Source: Isurus oxyrinchus
Taxonomy: Eukaryota
DNA length: 64,000 bases
NCBI GenBank assembly: GCA_026770705.1
Contig: JANJGN010000011.1
Coordinates: 154,628,001 to 154,692,000, forward strand
Direction of reading: 5' to 3'
The notes below the pieces were generated by a model. The model was not told the DNA's origin, searched no databases, and saw only the letters and a program-made list of their open reading frames with translations. Both the position numbers and the translations under genes were made by a program. Shown piece by piece: positions 13,926 through 26,917 of the stretch. Each line of letters starts with the position of its first letter. Position 1 is the stretch's first letter.

Positions 13926-16129
13926 GTGATCAGCTTTCTCACGGCAATGCTTATAATGAATCAGAGTGCATGGGTTTGACAATAGTAGGAATGTCACCAG
14001 CAATGTTTAACAGGAAACTGACAGGAGGCCACTATAAACAGAGTACACCACATATTCTTCTTCAGCTCTCCTCGAAGGCAGTCTGACACATGACCTCCAC
14101 CACAGGTCAGGCAAGGAGGCAGGTGCTGAATCCACCCCAGCCAGAACAGGGATCAAAACCTGTGCTCTTAGCACCAAACTGAGGCACACTGGTCATCCAG
14201 CCAAGTGAGCCAGTTGGCCCCCCAGGGAGTCTCAGCTGCTGTGGAAACATACACTTTTACATGCATGTTGTAGCCTGGAGCTATGGATACTGATGGTGGA
14301 GGTTCCAATTTCTTTCCATCGTATGGCTGACCAGCAATCCTTTCCACTCTTACCACCTGCCATTGGCGTGTGTTGGAAGGATTTATAAGACAATGCTAAA
14401 CCTGTTTGGCAGCATTATGAACGCACTTTCCTTGGCTATCAAATCTTGAAGTGGTACTTGAATACGGAGATTCAGCTCAAGAGGCAGGGCACTGCTACCC
14501 ACTGTACCACAAGACCTCATCTTGCATGACTTTAGAAATATTGTTCATGCCTTCCTCCTAGTGATTTGGAGAATTTATTTTTCCTGAAATTCTGTAGCAA
14601 TACTGGCATAACTCCAATAGAAGGTGTTCAGCTACCCCAGAAATATAGCATAAACAACCTTTTTTGATGTGTTTTTGTGTGCACACCAGTCTCCGGCAGA
14701 AGGTGCAAGGGGGAATCAGGAGAACTATTGCAAAATCTTCAGATTAATATTTCAGAGTAATAATGGTGTTAGGCTAGATAAACTGAAGGCTTATAAGGGA
14801 ATAATTTTCTGACCTGGTATCTCCTGTTTTACCAGCGCCATGGGAGCAAATTCCCAACTCTGTCCATTATTCTGTAAATGAGTAACTTATATAGTTTCAA
14901 TATTTGTTTCAGCAAGGTGCATTCATTGGATTTTGGTACTAGAAGGGAAATGGCCCTGGGGTTTGGTAACACTGAGGGATAGTGCTGGGCTTTGGCAAGA
15001 CCAAGCAGAGGGTCTTGGAGTTTCAATTGAATATCCATTGATGGTCCACTAAAGTCACTAGTTAATCAGAACATCTACCATGGCAACTTAACCCTGTAAT
15101 CTTACTGATAGGCCCAGGTGATCAAGCACAAAGCCACAGCAGTTTAGAAAGATCAAAAAACCAATGATGAGATTATTGGCTGGAAATCCATTTTTCTATA
15201 TATAATCTGTCTATTGTAAAGCTAATGCTGGCAGTTTCATCTTCACTTCATTTTCTTTTAAGTATTGACAGTTCTGAATGCCCCTGGGGGTGGAGACAAG
15301 AAGATCAGTTCTTGCAGTAGATGTATGATAATATACTCATTAAGGGTTAATAATGTAGTCATTGCACGTTCAGCAGGGAGGAGCATTAGGGGATAATGTA
15401 ATATAGTTCACAAGCTTAGAAATCACTCAGTGTGAAGATTAACACATGAACAGGTAAAGCAATGTTTGCCCACTCCTTCAATGGAAGCATTAACCCTTTT
15501 AAAATGAATGTGTTAAGGAACTGCATACAGTCACATTAAACATTCATGTGCACAGAGTAATTTGAAGGTGACATGAATGAGAAAGTGAGATTGGGTCTAG
15601 ATGTAATGGAGAGCAGGCTGTCATGTGCCACTGCTAAATCTAACGGTATTTTTTAACTCATCCTGAGTGGAGGCATGGAATCTTATATTATCCCCCTGCT
15701 GTCAAGGAAAATAAAAGTGCTGGCAGGTTTGTTTCCTGAAGGTCTCCATTGCCAAACTAATACTCAGCATGTGCAATTCCATTAGCACACGGAGCAGAGA
15801 GGAAAGTCAACTGCCTTCTACTCGCTAGGCAGCTTGTGATGCCTGCTACTTTGCCAAGCAACATCATTCAGAGCAAAATGATTTAAATGTTAAACAGTAT
15901 CGTCTCAGGAGTCTATTGGATTTAGGCTGGAAAATAATCCAAAAGAGGCATTGTTGCATCGGTCGAGTCACAGCATTTAAAAAAATTATTTCATGGGATG
16001 TGGGCATCGTTGGCAAGGCCAGCATTTGTTGCCCATCCCTAATTGCCCGTGAACTGAGTGGCTTGTCCGGCCACTTCAACCCTGTTCAAAGCCTGAATTT
16101 AGCAAGCAAATGTGTGTCATTGGCACATA

Positions 16130-16256
16130 GGGTGGAATTTTACATCCCCATTGTGTCGGGCGTGGGGCTGTAAAGTGCAGCCAGCCGTTCAAAAGTCCAT
16201 TGACTTCAGCGGGACCAGAAAATCCCACCGGCGGGAGGGACTGTAAAATTCCACTC
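16130..16256. mobile_element. 127-bp Harbinger-like MITE
   Basis: TIR GGGTGGAATTTTACA / TGTAAAATTCCACTC; TSD ATA/ATA. Confidence 0.75.
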
Positions 16257-18329
16257 ATAGTTTTAACAACCTTCACCTTTGTGGAAACAAAAACTAAATA
16301 GCAGAAACATGGTGGCAAACACACAGCAGGTCAGGCAGCATCTGGGGAGAGAGAAAAAGAGTTTACATTTAAGGTTGATACACTTTTGTCAGAACTGCTG
16401 GATGCAAATTGGCTGCCGTATTTCCTCACCTTACAGCAGTAGCTACACTTTAAAAGTGCTTCATCGGCTATGAAGCATTCTGGGAGGTCCTTTGGCCATG
16501 AAAGGCTCTATAGAAATTAAGGTTATTTTTTTCTGTCCCCCGAAGCAATTGAATTGTGCTGAAGTACAGTTTCACTGGTCTCCAGTAATTTATCCAAGTG
16601 GTCATCCATCATGTGTGATGATTGATGAGGGCAAATAAACTATTTGACCAGGGAAAGGTTAATGGGTGCATAACAGCAAGATCCTGATATCGCCAAGACA
16701 GACCCAGCAGCAACGCACAGAAGGAACAAAATTTAGAAACAGCTACTGAGCCAATTTCTGAGGACGTTTTTCCAATAGTCAATTGTACCTTTGTTTTCTG
16801 GAATTCCGTGGTTTTTTCCACTGGAGTTATGGCCACGGGGAGACGTAGGGGAGAACCCTGCTGGAAATTTGCCCTTTTAATATCTGCTATCAGGCAGGAA
16901 ACACACACATCCGGTACTCAAGAGGTTAAACAGTTCTCTGTTCATTCACGATAAAGGACATAAAGCTTACATTTTATATCCCACCACCCACCCCACCCCC
17001 TCCCCCCCCCCCGCCCCTCCTCAAGAGTGTGAGAGTACAGCGTCGGGTTTTAGCGTCAGGCATTTCCAGTCTGTCAGGGTAAATCAATTGCTTATCAGTG
17101 CTGTGCTGCCTGAAAGAATTCCATTCGGGTTACATTGGCTGCTTTAAAAAAAAGAGGCAAACCACTATTCAGCAAAGGATGCTGCTTTTATCAGAGCCTA
17201 CTGCACATTCTTTTCTGGGGTGTTCAGAACGGTTAGAGTCTGGAGGCTTAAAGAATGGAGTTTTGTTTTCTGAATCTCTTCCTTTGAAAAAGGATAAAAT
17301 TGAAGATGGATAGAGAAACAGTCGTTTGTGTTTTCAGTCTTTAAAACTAAAGGTTAGAGCTACTTTCCAGCATGTGAAACAATGAGATGCATTGTAGCAT
17401 TCATTACTGTGTTAGTGTCTTGCACCCAATCAATCAGTCCCATTATTGGAGCTACCACCTTCACTTTACAAAGCTGAAAATTAAATTGAAACAGTGCTGG
17501 AACTCTGTGGGATAAATTGGATTTGGCATTGCACCAGGCAGGCTTTACCAATCCTAACCTTGGAGCCCCTGAGAAATTCCCAGTCCAAGCAATATATCCA
17601 TCTCTGCTAGCCTATTAAAAGGACCATCACTTTTCCTGAACTGTACAAAGATCGTGTTGAAGGCATGATTAGGTTAAAACATGGGACTGCAAGAAAAATG
17701 CGGAGTTCAACCCTGACATTCTACTTGCAAAGATATTTGTAACATGCAGCCTTTGAGGCAGGCTAACTTTCCAGTTCCTGACGTGTACCTCATTCCTTAG
17801 TGAAGGAGAATATAACAGCTCAGTCAGCCAGCAGTGACCCATCATTGCCCTGACAATGTGGCCTTAAGCTTGTAAGGCACTGGGAACCCATGGTTTTAAA
17901 CTCAGACAAAATTGTATTTTTTTCCATTCAGGTAGAGGTTCAATATGTGATTCGATTGTTGAATTTGAGTGTGTAGGGGTGAAACAAAGACCGCAGCTAA
18001 ACAGCCTGTTGCAGTTCTGCTGAATGAAAAAGTGACACAGGCCCTCATGGAGCCAGACAACATACAAAAAAGATTCAGCCTGGAGGGAGCCAAGGTCACT
18101 TAGGAGTCACTCGGATAATTTTCTCTTGTTCGCTAACTTATTATAATGGCAGTGATACCTGACTTGCGAAAGAAGGTTGTTCAGCTGGCTTCAAAGTGTG
18201 GAAGTGTAAGCCCTTGCCTGCTAGACAGTGCAGAGGGAGGAATTGTAGTTCTATAGTGCAGGGAGGGGAGGGGAGGTGGAAGTAGGGTTTGATCAAATTT
18301 TAAGTAAGCGACTCCAATTACCCTCATGG

Positions 18330-18665
18330 TTTCTATATAATTTAGATACAAATTAGGGTCAAGAACCAGAGATGCAGATTTAAGGTGACTGGGCAGAAAA
18401 GCCAATGGCAACATTTGGAAAAGCTATTTTTACACAGCCAGTAGTTAGGATCTGGAACGCACTGTCTGATACTGTGATGGAGGCAGATTCAACTCTGACT
18501 TTCAAAAGGGAATTAGATAATTAAACACCTGAAGAAAAAAAAATACAGGACTGTGGGGAAAAGGCAGGGGATAGCTGAATTGCTCTTGCAGAGAGCTAGC
18601 ACAGATCCAATGGGCCAAATAGCCTCGTTCAGCGCTGTAACCATTCTAAGATTCTATTAATCTAT
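18330..18665 (+). mobile_element. CR1 LINE 3' end
   Basis: CR1-like 3' sequence ending in degenerate (ATTCTATG)n repeats. Confidence 0.7.
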
Positions 18666-19118
18666 GATTCCATAAAGTACATTGTCAGCCATCGCTGATT
18701 AAAAATGGTTTTTTTTGTCATAATTCTATTTTCAACCATTTTAATCACACTTAACCAAGTTACCCACTGTGTGTTGGCTGGGACAGTGAAACTTCAAAAT
18801 GCCCATTGATGATAAATTGATATCCGATCTGTTAATTATTGGAAAAAAAAATCCTCTTCCCTGTCACAATTTCTGCATTGTCACCACTCACACTTTTGCA
18901 ATACTGTAACAGTTAATGCACTGCTGTTCAAATGAATGCTACTGCTTCCTCTCTCCCGTCCATCCTGAGAAATTGCACACATTATAACAATGGTGGAAAA
19001 CTCAGTAAATTGCTTTTCATTGGCCACGTGGTGCATTGCTCTAAATGACCCATTACACCACTGGCATTTGTTGTGGTATACATTTTCATCAGTGATATAA
19101 ATAATTCTCTAGCACCAT

Positions 19119-19236
19119 GGGCAGAATTTTACGACAGCGGGATTTTACATTGCCGCTGAAGCCACTGGGGTTTAGAATGTCTCGCCGCATTTTACGGCCC
19201 CCATCCCCGCCGAAATGGGACAGTAAAATTCTGCCC
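19119..19236. mobile_element. 118-bp Harbinger-like MITE (same family as 16130, opposite orientation)
   Basis: Perfect 14-bp TIR GGGCAGAATTTTAC / GTAAAATTCTGCCC; TSD CAT/CAT. Confidence 0.8.
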
Positions 19237-20151
19237 CATGTTTGAGACTCATTCGTGCCCCTCACACAATTTCAGAATCAACAAATGATTTTTAGATTGA
19301 AGCAGTCTTTAGGCCTGGCCTCCAATCCCTTGCTGTCTTATCAGGCTTCTGTTTATTGAATTGCCTATGAGTAAATTGGCTCCTTCTGTGCTGAAAACCA
19401 TTCATAGAGAGGTTTTCCATGCACCCCCGTCATACCAATAGTTAAAAAGGCTCACAGCCCATCTGGAATTCCCTCTTTGCCTTTCTCTCCCTCCCCCTTT
19501 ATGATGCTCTTTAAAACATACCTTTTTGACAAAGCTTTTAAAGTTACCTGACCTAATATCTCCTCCAGTGCCCAACTTTATCTGACAATGTTCCCGTGAA
19601 GCTCCTCGGGATGTGTTACTGTGTTAATATATAATATATATTATATATACTATATAAATGTATGTTATAGATATAATCTATAGGCAGTCTACAACAGCTA
19701 TCAGGACTTTGTTTTTATCATTACATAACATCTCTAGTTCTGCTCGGTTTGGGAATGAACATGTTTCCTTTTTTTTTAGGAACATTTTATTTTGTGTGTT
19801 TCAGCTACTTGGGGCACTTAACTATTTTCAAAGTGTTATAGTAGTGCATGTTACTGTTCCCTCGTTACAGAAAGCCCTTGGATGCAACTATATTAATAAG
19901 AGCAATGTATATTGTGAAATTTTTGATATTAGAATTGTGCTATTGGTAATCCTTTCTGCCTGGTGTGGTAGCTTGTTGTAGATAGAATTGGCACCAAATG
20001 ACTCTGTAATCCTGGTGGTGGTGGGGTGGGGCGTGGGGTGGGGTGGTGGGTGGCTCTAAAGCCTGCAATAATTTGTCCAGAATTGGGGGCTGGGGGCGGA
20101 GGGAAAGCAAAGAAGAGCATTAACTTCCATGTTCTTTGCCCTTCTTTCTAG

Positions 20152-20353
20152 TCTCAGCGCCGCGTTACATTTCACCTGCCCGACGGCTCCCAGGAAAGCT
20201 GCAGTGATAGTGGTTTAGGAGACCATGAACCAGTAAGTGGTGGCACGCTGATCTCACACCCTCTCCCTCTGGTTCAGCCGCAGGACGAGTTCTACGAGCA
20301 GGCTTCCCCAGACAAGAGGACCGAGGCTGACGGCAACTCTGATCCAAATTCAA
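20152..20353 (+). CDS. PCDH9: Protocadherin-9 internal coding exon (cytoplasmic domain, RRVTF/CM3 and DSGLG motifs)
   Basis: Polypyrimidine acceptor ...cttctttctag| and donor TCAA|gtgagt; 202 nt, phase 0 in and phase 1 out. Translates [67 protein letters not shown], near-identical to the vertebrate PCDH9 cytoplasmic sequence as I recall it. Confidence 0.95.
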
Positions 20354-21540
20354 GTGAGTGACCACATTTTTTCCTTTCCAGATGTGGCTGTTGTAAACTG
20401 GAAATGTACGTAATCTTGCTTTGTGCCAAATTGACTTTCAGAGCTAACACAACACCACTCACTGCCCTCCCACCCCCCATGACGGGTCCTAAGCTCAATG
20501 CTTTTGATCCTGATCAGCTTCCTGCTTCTTGTTTTGATTCTGAATGTGTTCAAATGTATTGTACGGAGCTGCTGCAGGCTTTATTGTCTGCAGCACAACA
20601 TTACTAAACCTTCATTTCAGCACAGCACAAAGACTGGAGTATATGATATTTTACTGCCAATGCTTAAATGGGGGCAAGGTGCCTCTTCCAACAAAAAAAT
20701 TTCACCGCAGAATGCCTGCTTTTCTCCAGAGTTAATGACCCGTGCCATCCCGTTCTCAGAAATTGTAGGATTTGGAGCTGTGTGTTCCTGGGATTTGATT
20801 AGCAGTCATTAAACAGGGAGAAACGCAGGCAAATCGCTACTCTTTATTGTAGGAGGAATTTCACTCCTGCATTCTCCTAGTATTCACATCATTAAACACA
20901 GGGGTGCTGTGCTTCAGGTTTACAGTTGTGTGTATTCCTTCCTTCTGAACTGTGGTACATTATATCAATGAGAGGGTACCAATAAATATTTTGGGATATT
21001 TCTATATTTTGTGAAGGGACAGTAGCTCTTGGATACCAGTTTCCACTAATTGGTATTTTTTTTCTTGTTGATGACACCATTGACTGTGAGGATGGTCTCT
21101 TCACATTGTAATGTTTTTATGGTGAATTGGCTTCTGCAATCTGACTTTTTGTGCCTGCTTTTGGATACTTACTCTGGACTAAACATGGCTGAGCTTATTT
21201 ACAAATCCTGTTTTGGTGCTGCTTAGAATATATTTATGATTAGTGGGCAAGTAATTAGCACTGAATGATCCACTTGTCTGCCTGTCGAGACTTGATTTCA
21301 GCATATCTGAACTGTCTTATGCTGGTCAAATATTAAAGCCCTACAATGTGATAGTTTAAAGGAACCATGCAAGTTTAAAATATCAACCAATGGCTTCCCG
21401 TCTCCTACCCCTTTGTAGCAACATCACTTCAGCCTCCTCAGATATCTCAAAGTATAGTTACTGTCTCTATGTCACAACAATATAGAAGGTATTGAATTTG
21501 ATCCCTGATCTGGGCTAAGTTAACATCACTGTTAGGGCAG

Positions 21541-22540
21541 CATAGAACCATAGAACACTACAGCACAGAAAACAGGCCATTCGGCCCTTCTAGTCTGTGC
21601 TGAAATATTATTCCGCTAGTCCCATTGACCTGCACCTAGTCCATAACCCTGCAGACCTCTCCCATCCATGTATCTATCTAATTTATTCTTAAAACTTAAG
21701 AGTGAGCCTGCATTTACCACGTCAGATGGTAGCTCGTTCCACACTCTCACCACTCTCTGAGTGAAAAAGTTCCCCCGAATGTTCCCCCTAAACCTTTCCC
21801 CTTTCACCCTAAAGCCATGTCCTCTCGTGTTTATTTCTCCTAATCTAAGTGGAAAGAGCCTACTCACGTTTACTCTGTCTATACCCCTCATAATTTTGTA
21901 AACTTTTATCATATCTCCCCTCATTCTTCTACGTTCCAAAGAATAAAGTCCTAACCTGTTTAATCTTGCCCTGTAACTCAACTCCTTAAGACCCAGCAAC
22001 ATCCTAGTAAATCTTCTCTGCACTCTCTCAATCTTACTGATATCCTTCCTGTAGTCAGGCGACCAGAATTGCACACAATACTCCAAAGTTGGCCTCACCA
22101 ATGTCTTTTACAACCTCACCATAACATCCCAACTCCTATACTCAATACTTTGATTTATGAAGGCCAGTATGCCAAAAGCTTTCTTTACAACCCTGTCTAC
22201 CTGTGACGCCACTTTCAGGGAACTATGTACCTGAACTCCCAGATCCCTTTGTTCCTCCGCACTCCTCAGTGCTCTACCATTTACTGTGTATGTCCTACCT
22301 TGGTTTGACCTTCCAAAATGCAACACCTCACACTTTTCTGCATTAAATTCCATCTGCCATTTTCTGGCCCATTTTTCCAGTTGGTCCAGATCTCTCTGCA
22401 AGCTTTGAAAGCCTTCCTTGCTGTCCGCAACACCTCCAATCTTAGTGTCATCAGCAAACTTGCTGATCCAATTCACCACATTATCATCCAAATCATTGAT
22501 ATAGACAACAAACAACAATGGTCCCAGCACAGATCCCTGA
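21541..22540 (-). mobile_element. Young 5'-truncated CR1 LINE (RT C-terminus)
   Basis: ORFs 22108-22587 and 21616-22101 give QGSVLGPLLF..YINDLD..SKFADDTK..RPTLEYCVQFWSP..NFFTQRVVRVWNELP, with one frameshift near 22105. 3' tail (GTTCTATG)n; GCAG flanks both ends. Confidence 0.95.
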
Positions 22541-22660
22541 GCAGTAATGAAAACACTCTTAGTTTCCATAGGGAAAGATATATTCAAGAGGCTTCCTGTT
22601 CTTTATCACTGTCATCCATCTTCTGTTGGAGGTGCAAGTGTGTGGCCATTGTTAACAGTT

Positions 22661-22804
22661 CCAGTGATGTCTTTGGTCCCAGTGATATCATTGGTTCCTA
22701 TGACATTATTGGACTCAGTGATGTAATTGGTCCCAGTGACATCATTAGTCCCAGTGACATCATTAGTTCCAGTGACATCATCAGCCTGGGTGATGTCGTC
22801 AGGA
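22661..22804. repeat. 18-bp minisatellite, 8 copies
   Basis: Unit approximately CCAGTGACATCATTGGTC, in register at 22661, 22679, 22697, 22715, 22733, 22751, 22769 and 22787. Confidence 0.9.
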
Positions 22805-23749
22805 CCTGATCGCTGGTAGTCTTGCAGGGCAGCAGGGTTGGCGGGGTGGAGGTGGAGGTGGAGGTGGAGGTGGGGGTGTGGGGAGGGCATTCCCACTGGA
22901 TGCAAACAACACAACAAGGATTCAGGGGACAAAAATATGCCCATGGAGGAGGTTTTGTTTTTGCTTTCAAACGTTTCTTTTCTTTCCATTTGGAACCAAG
23001 ATGAGCCTTGAATGTGTGAGCTGAACATTTCAAAATATACTGGCTCAATGGGACTGGAATTTCCATGGATATGCTGTCTTTCGTTAAAGTTAACTGTGGC
23101 ATGCATGACATTATAGCAACTGCAGGAAGAAATAGATACACTTGAGAGAAAAATAGTTTTGTTCATAACAGTCCACCAAGTGGGAGAGACTGGGTTGCAT
23201 GAGTGAGTGAGTAAGATTGACTTTGATGTCCCAGTTACTTTTGTTTAAAGCACTGTTCCCCAATTTGTGTCCTGTCCATAAAATATGTTTCAATTTTTTT
23301 TGACAGTTTAAGTGAGCCTTTCATCATTTTTCAGCAGTAACAAAATAGTGAGAGGTTGAACAGTGATGTTAAGAAACACTGGGCGAAACAGGTGAAACCA
23401 GGAGAGAATTTTCTACTTAAAATTCAAAAAGAAAATAAGACTTTTCATAAAAATGTGTTTAAACATTCAGAGGCCATGTGGTTTATGTAAAATGAAAACA
23501 GTCCCATCATCAATATTTGAGGGAGGGTGGGGGTGGGGGGGGGTGGTGGCGGGGTTTGGTGGGGGGGAGGTTTGGGGGTGGATGTTGTTGGGGGGTGGGG
23601 CAAGAGGAATAGCTGATGGTGGTTCAGTGCTGGCACAAACTACTCATCCAAGCAGAGTGCGGGATCTACACCTGTGATGGAGAAGGGTCTTCTTCAGAAT
23701 CCTTCCTTTGACCAAGGGTTGGATGCAATGTTGCACCAGTGACTTGTGC

Positions 23750-24170
23750 ATAAGAATACAAGGAAGAGCAGGAAGACAAGGTCATTCAGCCAAAGGATCA
23801 TGGCTGATCTGTTGTGACCTTAGCTCCACTTTCCTGCATGTTCCCCACAACCTTTGACTCCCTTGTAGATCAAAAACCCTATCTAACTCAGCCTTGAATA
23901 TATTCAATGACCCAGACTTGCTGAAGGAGAGAATTCAAAACACCAATGACCCTTTGAAGGAAGAAATTCCTCCTCATCTCCATCTTAAATAGGAGACCCT
24001 TTTATTTTGAAACTGTGTCCCCTAGTTCCAGAATCCCCCATAAGGGAAGACTTCCTCTCAGCATCTATCCTGCTGAGCCCCCTCAGAATCTTATACGTTT
24101 CAATAAGATCACTTCTGATTCTTCTAAACTCCAATGAGAATAGGCCCAAGCCACTCAACATTTCCTCACA
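23750..24170 (-). mobile_element. CR1 LINE 3' fragment
   Basis: LGLFSLEFRRIRSDLIETYKILRG...TRGHSFKI. Confidence 0.85.
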
Positions 24171-24784
24171 AGCAATAGCAACACTGTAAGCAATAGCCTT
24201 ATGGCGATGAGGTGTCATTGCTAACTATAGGATGATACGCGGTGAGATCTCAATATTTTCTGAGGTGACTGGCTACAAGTCCGCTATGCCAGGAGAGTGT
24301 CACATAGCTTGCTGGTGTCCACCTTCAGAGTCATTGTCACCTCATTAGGATCATCTGCCTCTTCCATCGTTCCAGACTTCATACACCTAGAGGGGTGATG
24401 ATCCCTATCTAAACCAAACAAAGCTGATGATACCCTCACTTGGCTTTGCTTGTCAGCTGAGGAGAGGTACCAGGGTATGCCGGCTGGTGTGCCTTGCCAG
24501 CCGGTTGGAGGCATATTTGAGAGCTCAGCACACACTGGGGCATCTGTAAACCTTACCCACATTCATGGATTGTGTGGCTGGCAGCGATTCAGTGATGCTG
24601 GCCCTGCCACAGAGAATTTGGTATAATTTTTAATAATAAAATTGAATAATAATAATGAAACCACGTAATGAAACTCTACTCTGCATGCAATAAATTCTGG
24701 ACCCAACCTGGAAGAGCTTGAGACCGACACGCTGTGCAATACTAGAAACACTTGCCATTCAATAAAATTTAACAATTAATAAAA

Positions 24785-25610
24785 TAGAGCAGATGGAGTA
24801 TATAATGTGTGAAAATGTGAACTTGTCCACTTTGGCAGGAAGATTAGAAAAGCAGCCTGTTTTTTAAATGAAGGGAGATTGCAAAACTCAATAGTGCAGG
24901 GGAAACCGGATGTCCTGGTGCATGAATCACAACAAGTTAGTATGCAGGTACAGTAAGTGATTAGGAAGGCAAATGAAATATCGGTGTTTATTGCAAGTGG
25001 AATGAGATATAAAAGTAAAGAAGTTTTACTGCAGCTGTACAGGACCTTGGTGAGACCACATCTGAAATACTGTGTCTTCTTGGAAAAAGATATAATTGCG
25101 TTAGAAGCAGTTCAGGGAAGGCTCACTCAACATATTCCTGGGATGGGAGGGGCTTGTCTTACGAATAAAGTTTGAGCAGGTTGGGCCTGTAGCCATTGGA
25201 GTTTAGAAGAATGACCGTTGATCTTATTGAAACATATAAGATCCTGAGGGGACCTAATAAGGTGGACACCAGAATGTTTCCATCTGTGCCGGAAGTTAGA
25301 ATTAGGGGACACAGTTTAAAAATAAGAGGTCTCCCTTTCAAGATGGAGATGAGGAGAATTATTTTCTCTCAGAGGGTTGTTACTATGTGGAATTCTCTTC
25401 CCCTGAAAGCAGTGGAAACTGGCTGATTGAATTTATTCAAGGCTGAGTTAGATGGATTTTTGATGGACAAGGGAATCATTGGTTATGAGGGGCAGACAGG
25501 AAAGTGGAGTTGAGACCACAGCCAGATCAGCCATGATCTTATCAAATGGCACAGCAGGCCCGAGGGGCAAAATGGCCTACTCCTGATCCTAAATCCTATG
25601 CCCCAAGTTC
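24785..25610 (+). mobile_element. CR1 LINE 3' fragment
   Basis: LYRTLVRPHLKYCV...DLIETYKILRG...FSQRVVTMWNSLP. Confidence 0.85.
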
Positions 25611-26917
25611 CTGTATCTCCCTTATACACCTGAAACAATAATTTTGTGGACAACACATTAGTGCACTAGCACATACAATCAATATAATCTGACAATGTGA
25701 CAACATATCAGAATTGTCGGATGAGATTCTGAAAATCAGTTGCAAGCTGGAAGCAGAAACAGGTATTAGATGATGGTGTAAAAGTGGAGAATGATAATGG
25801 GCGAAGTTAATTAAATGCATCTCATGTTCTATTGTAACATTGTTTGGTCTTTTAATGTTGCTGATTGATTAAACAGTTAAGGTTAAACATTATGCTCTGA
25901 CCTTATCAGAAACAACACTTCTTTTGAATTCCTCACTGTAATTTTAAGGGAGGTGTTAAATCATTTAAAATGAATTGTTTAAGGTATCCATTAGAATAAT
26001 GAAGAGACAAATTTTGTGCCAGCCATTAAGCATCTGATAACACCACTGACAGTAATTTCTAGACTGAAAAGACTCAAACTGTGTTTTGTGTTTGACCCTT
26101 GCGTGAGGTGAAACCCTAAGGTATTGAAACTGTTTTCTGTCTTGCAGTGTACATGTCTTCATCATCTAATAACTTGTACAGAGTCTCTACAGGTACCTGT
26201 AATACATTTGTAACATGATTTGTTCTGATATGAGAAATATGAACTGAGCCTGTCTCAGAGGCTTTGTGTTACTTCATATGCACCGAAACCAGCCTCTGAG
26301 ACTTTAAAAATCCTCGAAATGCTAGTTGGGGATAGAGATGGTATTTCCTAGTTTGAAAATGTTTTTGAACACAGGTTTTTAAGTAATGATCCAGCTAAAT
26401 TACATCTTCCTCCTACCCTGCCCCATGCATTACAATGTTCACCCAGTTCCCTGGCCTCTCCTGAGATTGTTTATGTGATTTGTAAGACTTCATTCTAAGT
26501 GGTCCGTGGGTTATACACTTTATTGCCCATTCTACTTGCCCCTGCATATGTCTGAAGAATTTTGTGTACCTGGGAGTAAATTTGACTGGACCTTGCTTTG
26601 TGCTGAGGTGGTCGTGGGGGAAGGGGTGGTGGTGGTGGGCACAGTTGAAAAGCAGGCATTTGAATATGCTAACATGCATTGAGTTACAAGAAGGACATTT
26701 GGGTTCAGCCAATTTTCGGATTAATTATTTTTGATGGACAACACTTATGGGAAACGGCAAGTGTTTTTAATGTGACAGAGAGTGTTAGCGCCTAACTGTT
26801 CCAGGTTGGGTCTGGGTATCACCAGATGCAGAGTAGAATTTCATAACATTGTTCCAATAAAATTTCTTAGCATTAGCCCCAAGGGAGTAACCCCTACTGT
26901 AAACGCTCTGATTAATG

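Noticed and set aside
22612-23166. 184-aa ORF with VTGTND repeats
   Set aside because: Open only because of the 18-bp minisatellite and hexamer repeat; no splice or domain support.
24190-24620. GC-richer segment with an acidic ORF end (EEADDPNEV...CDTLLA) suggestive of a Harbinger transposase C-terminus
   Set aside because: None of the expected catalytic or CCxLHN motifs is recognisable.
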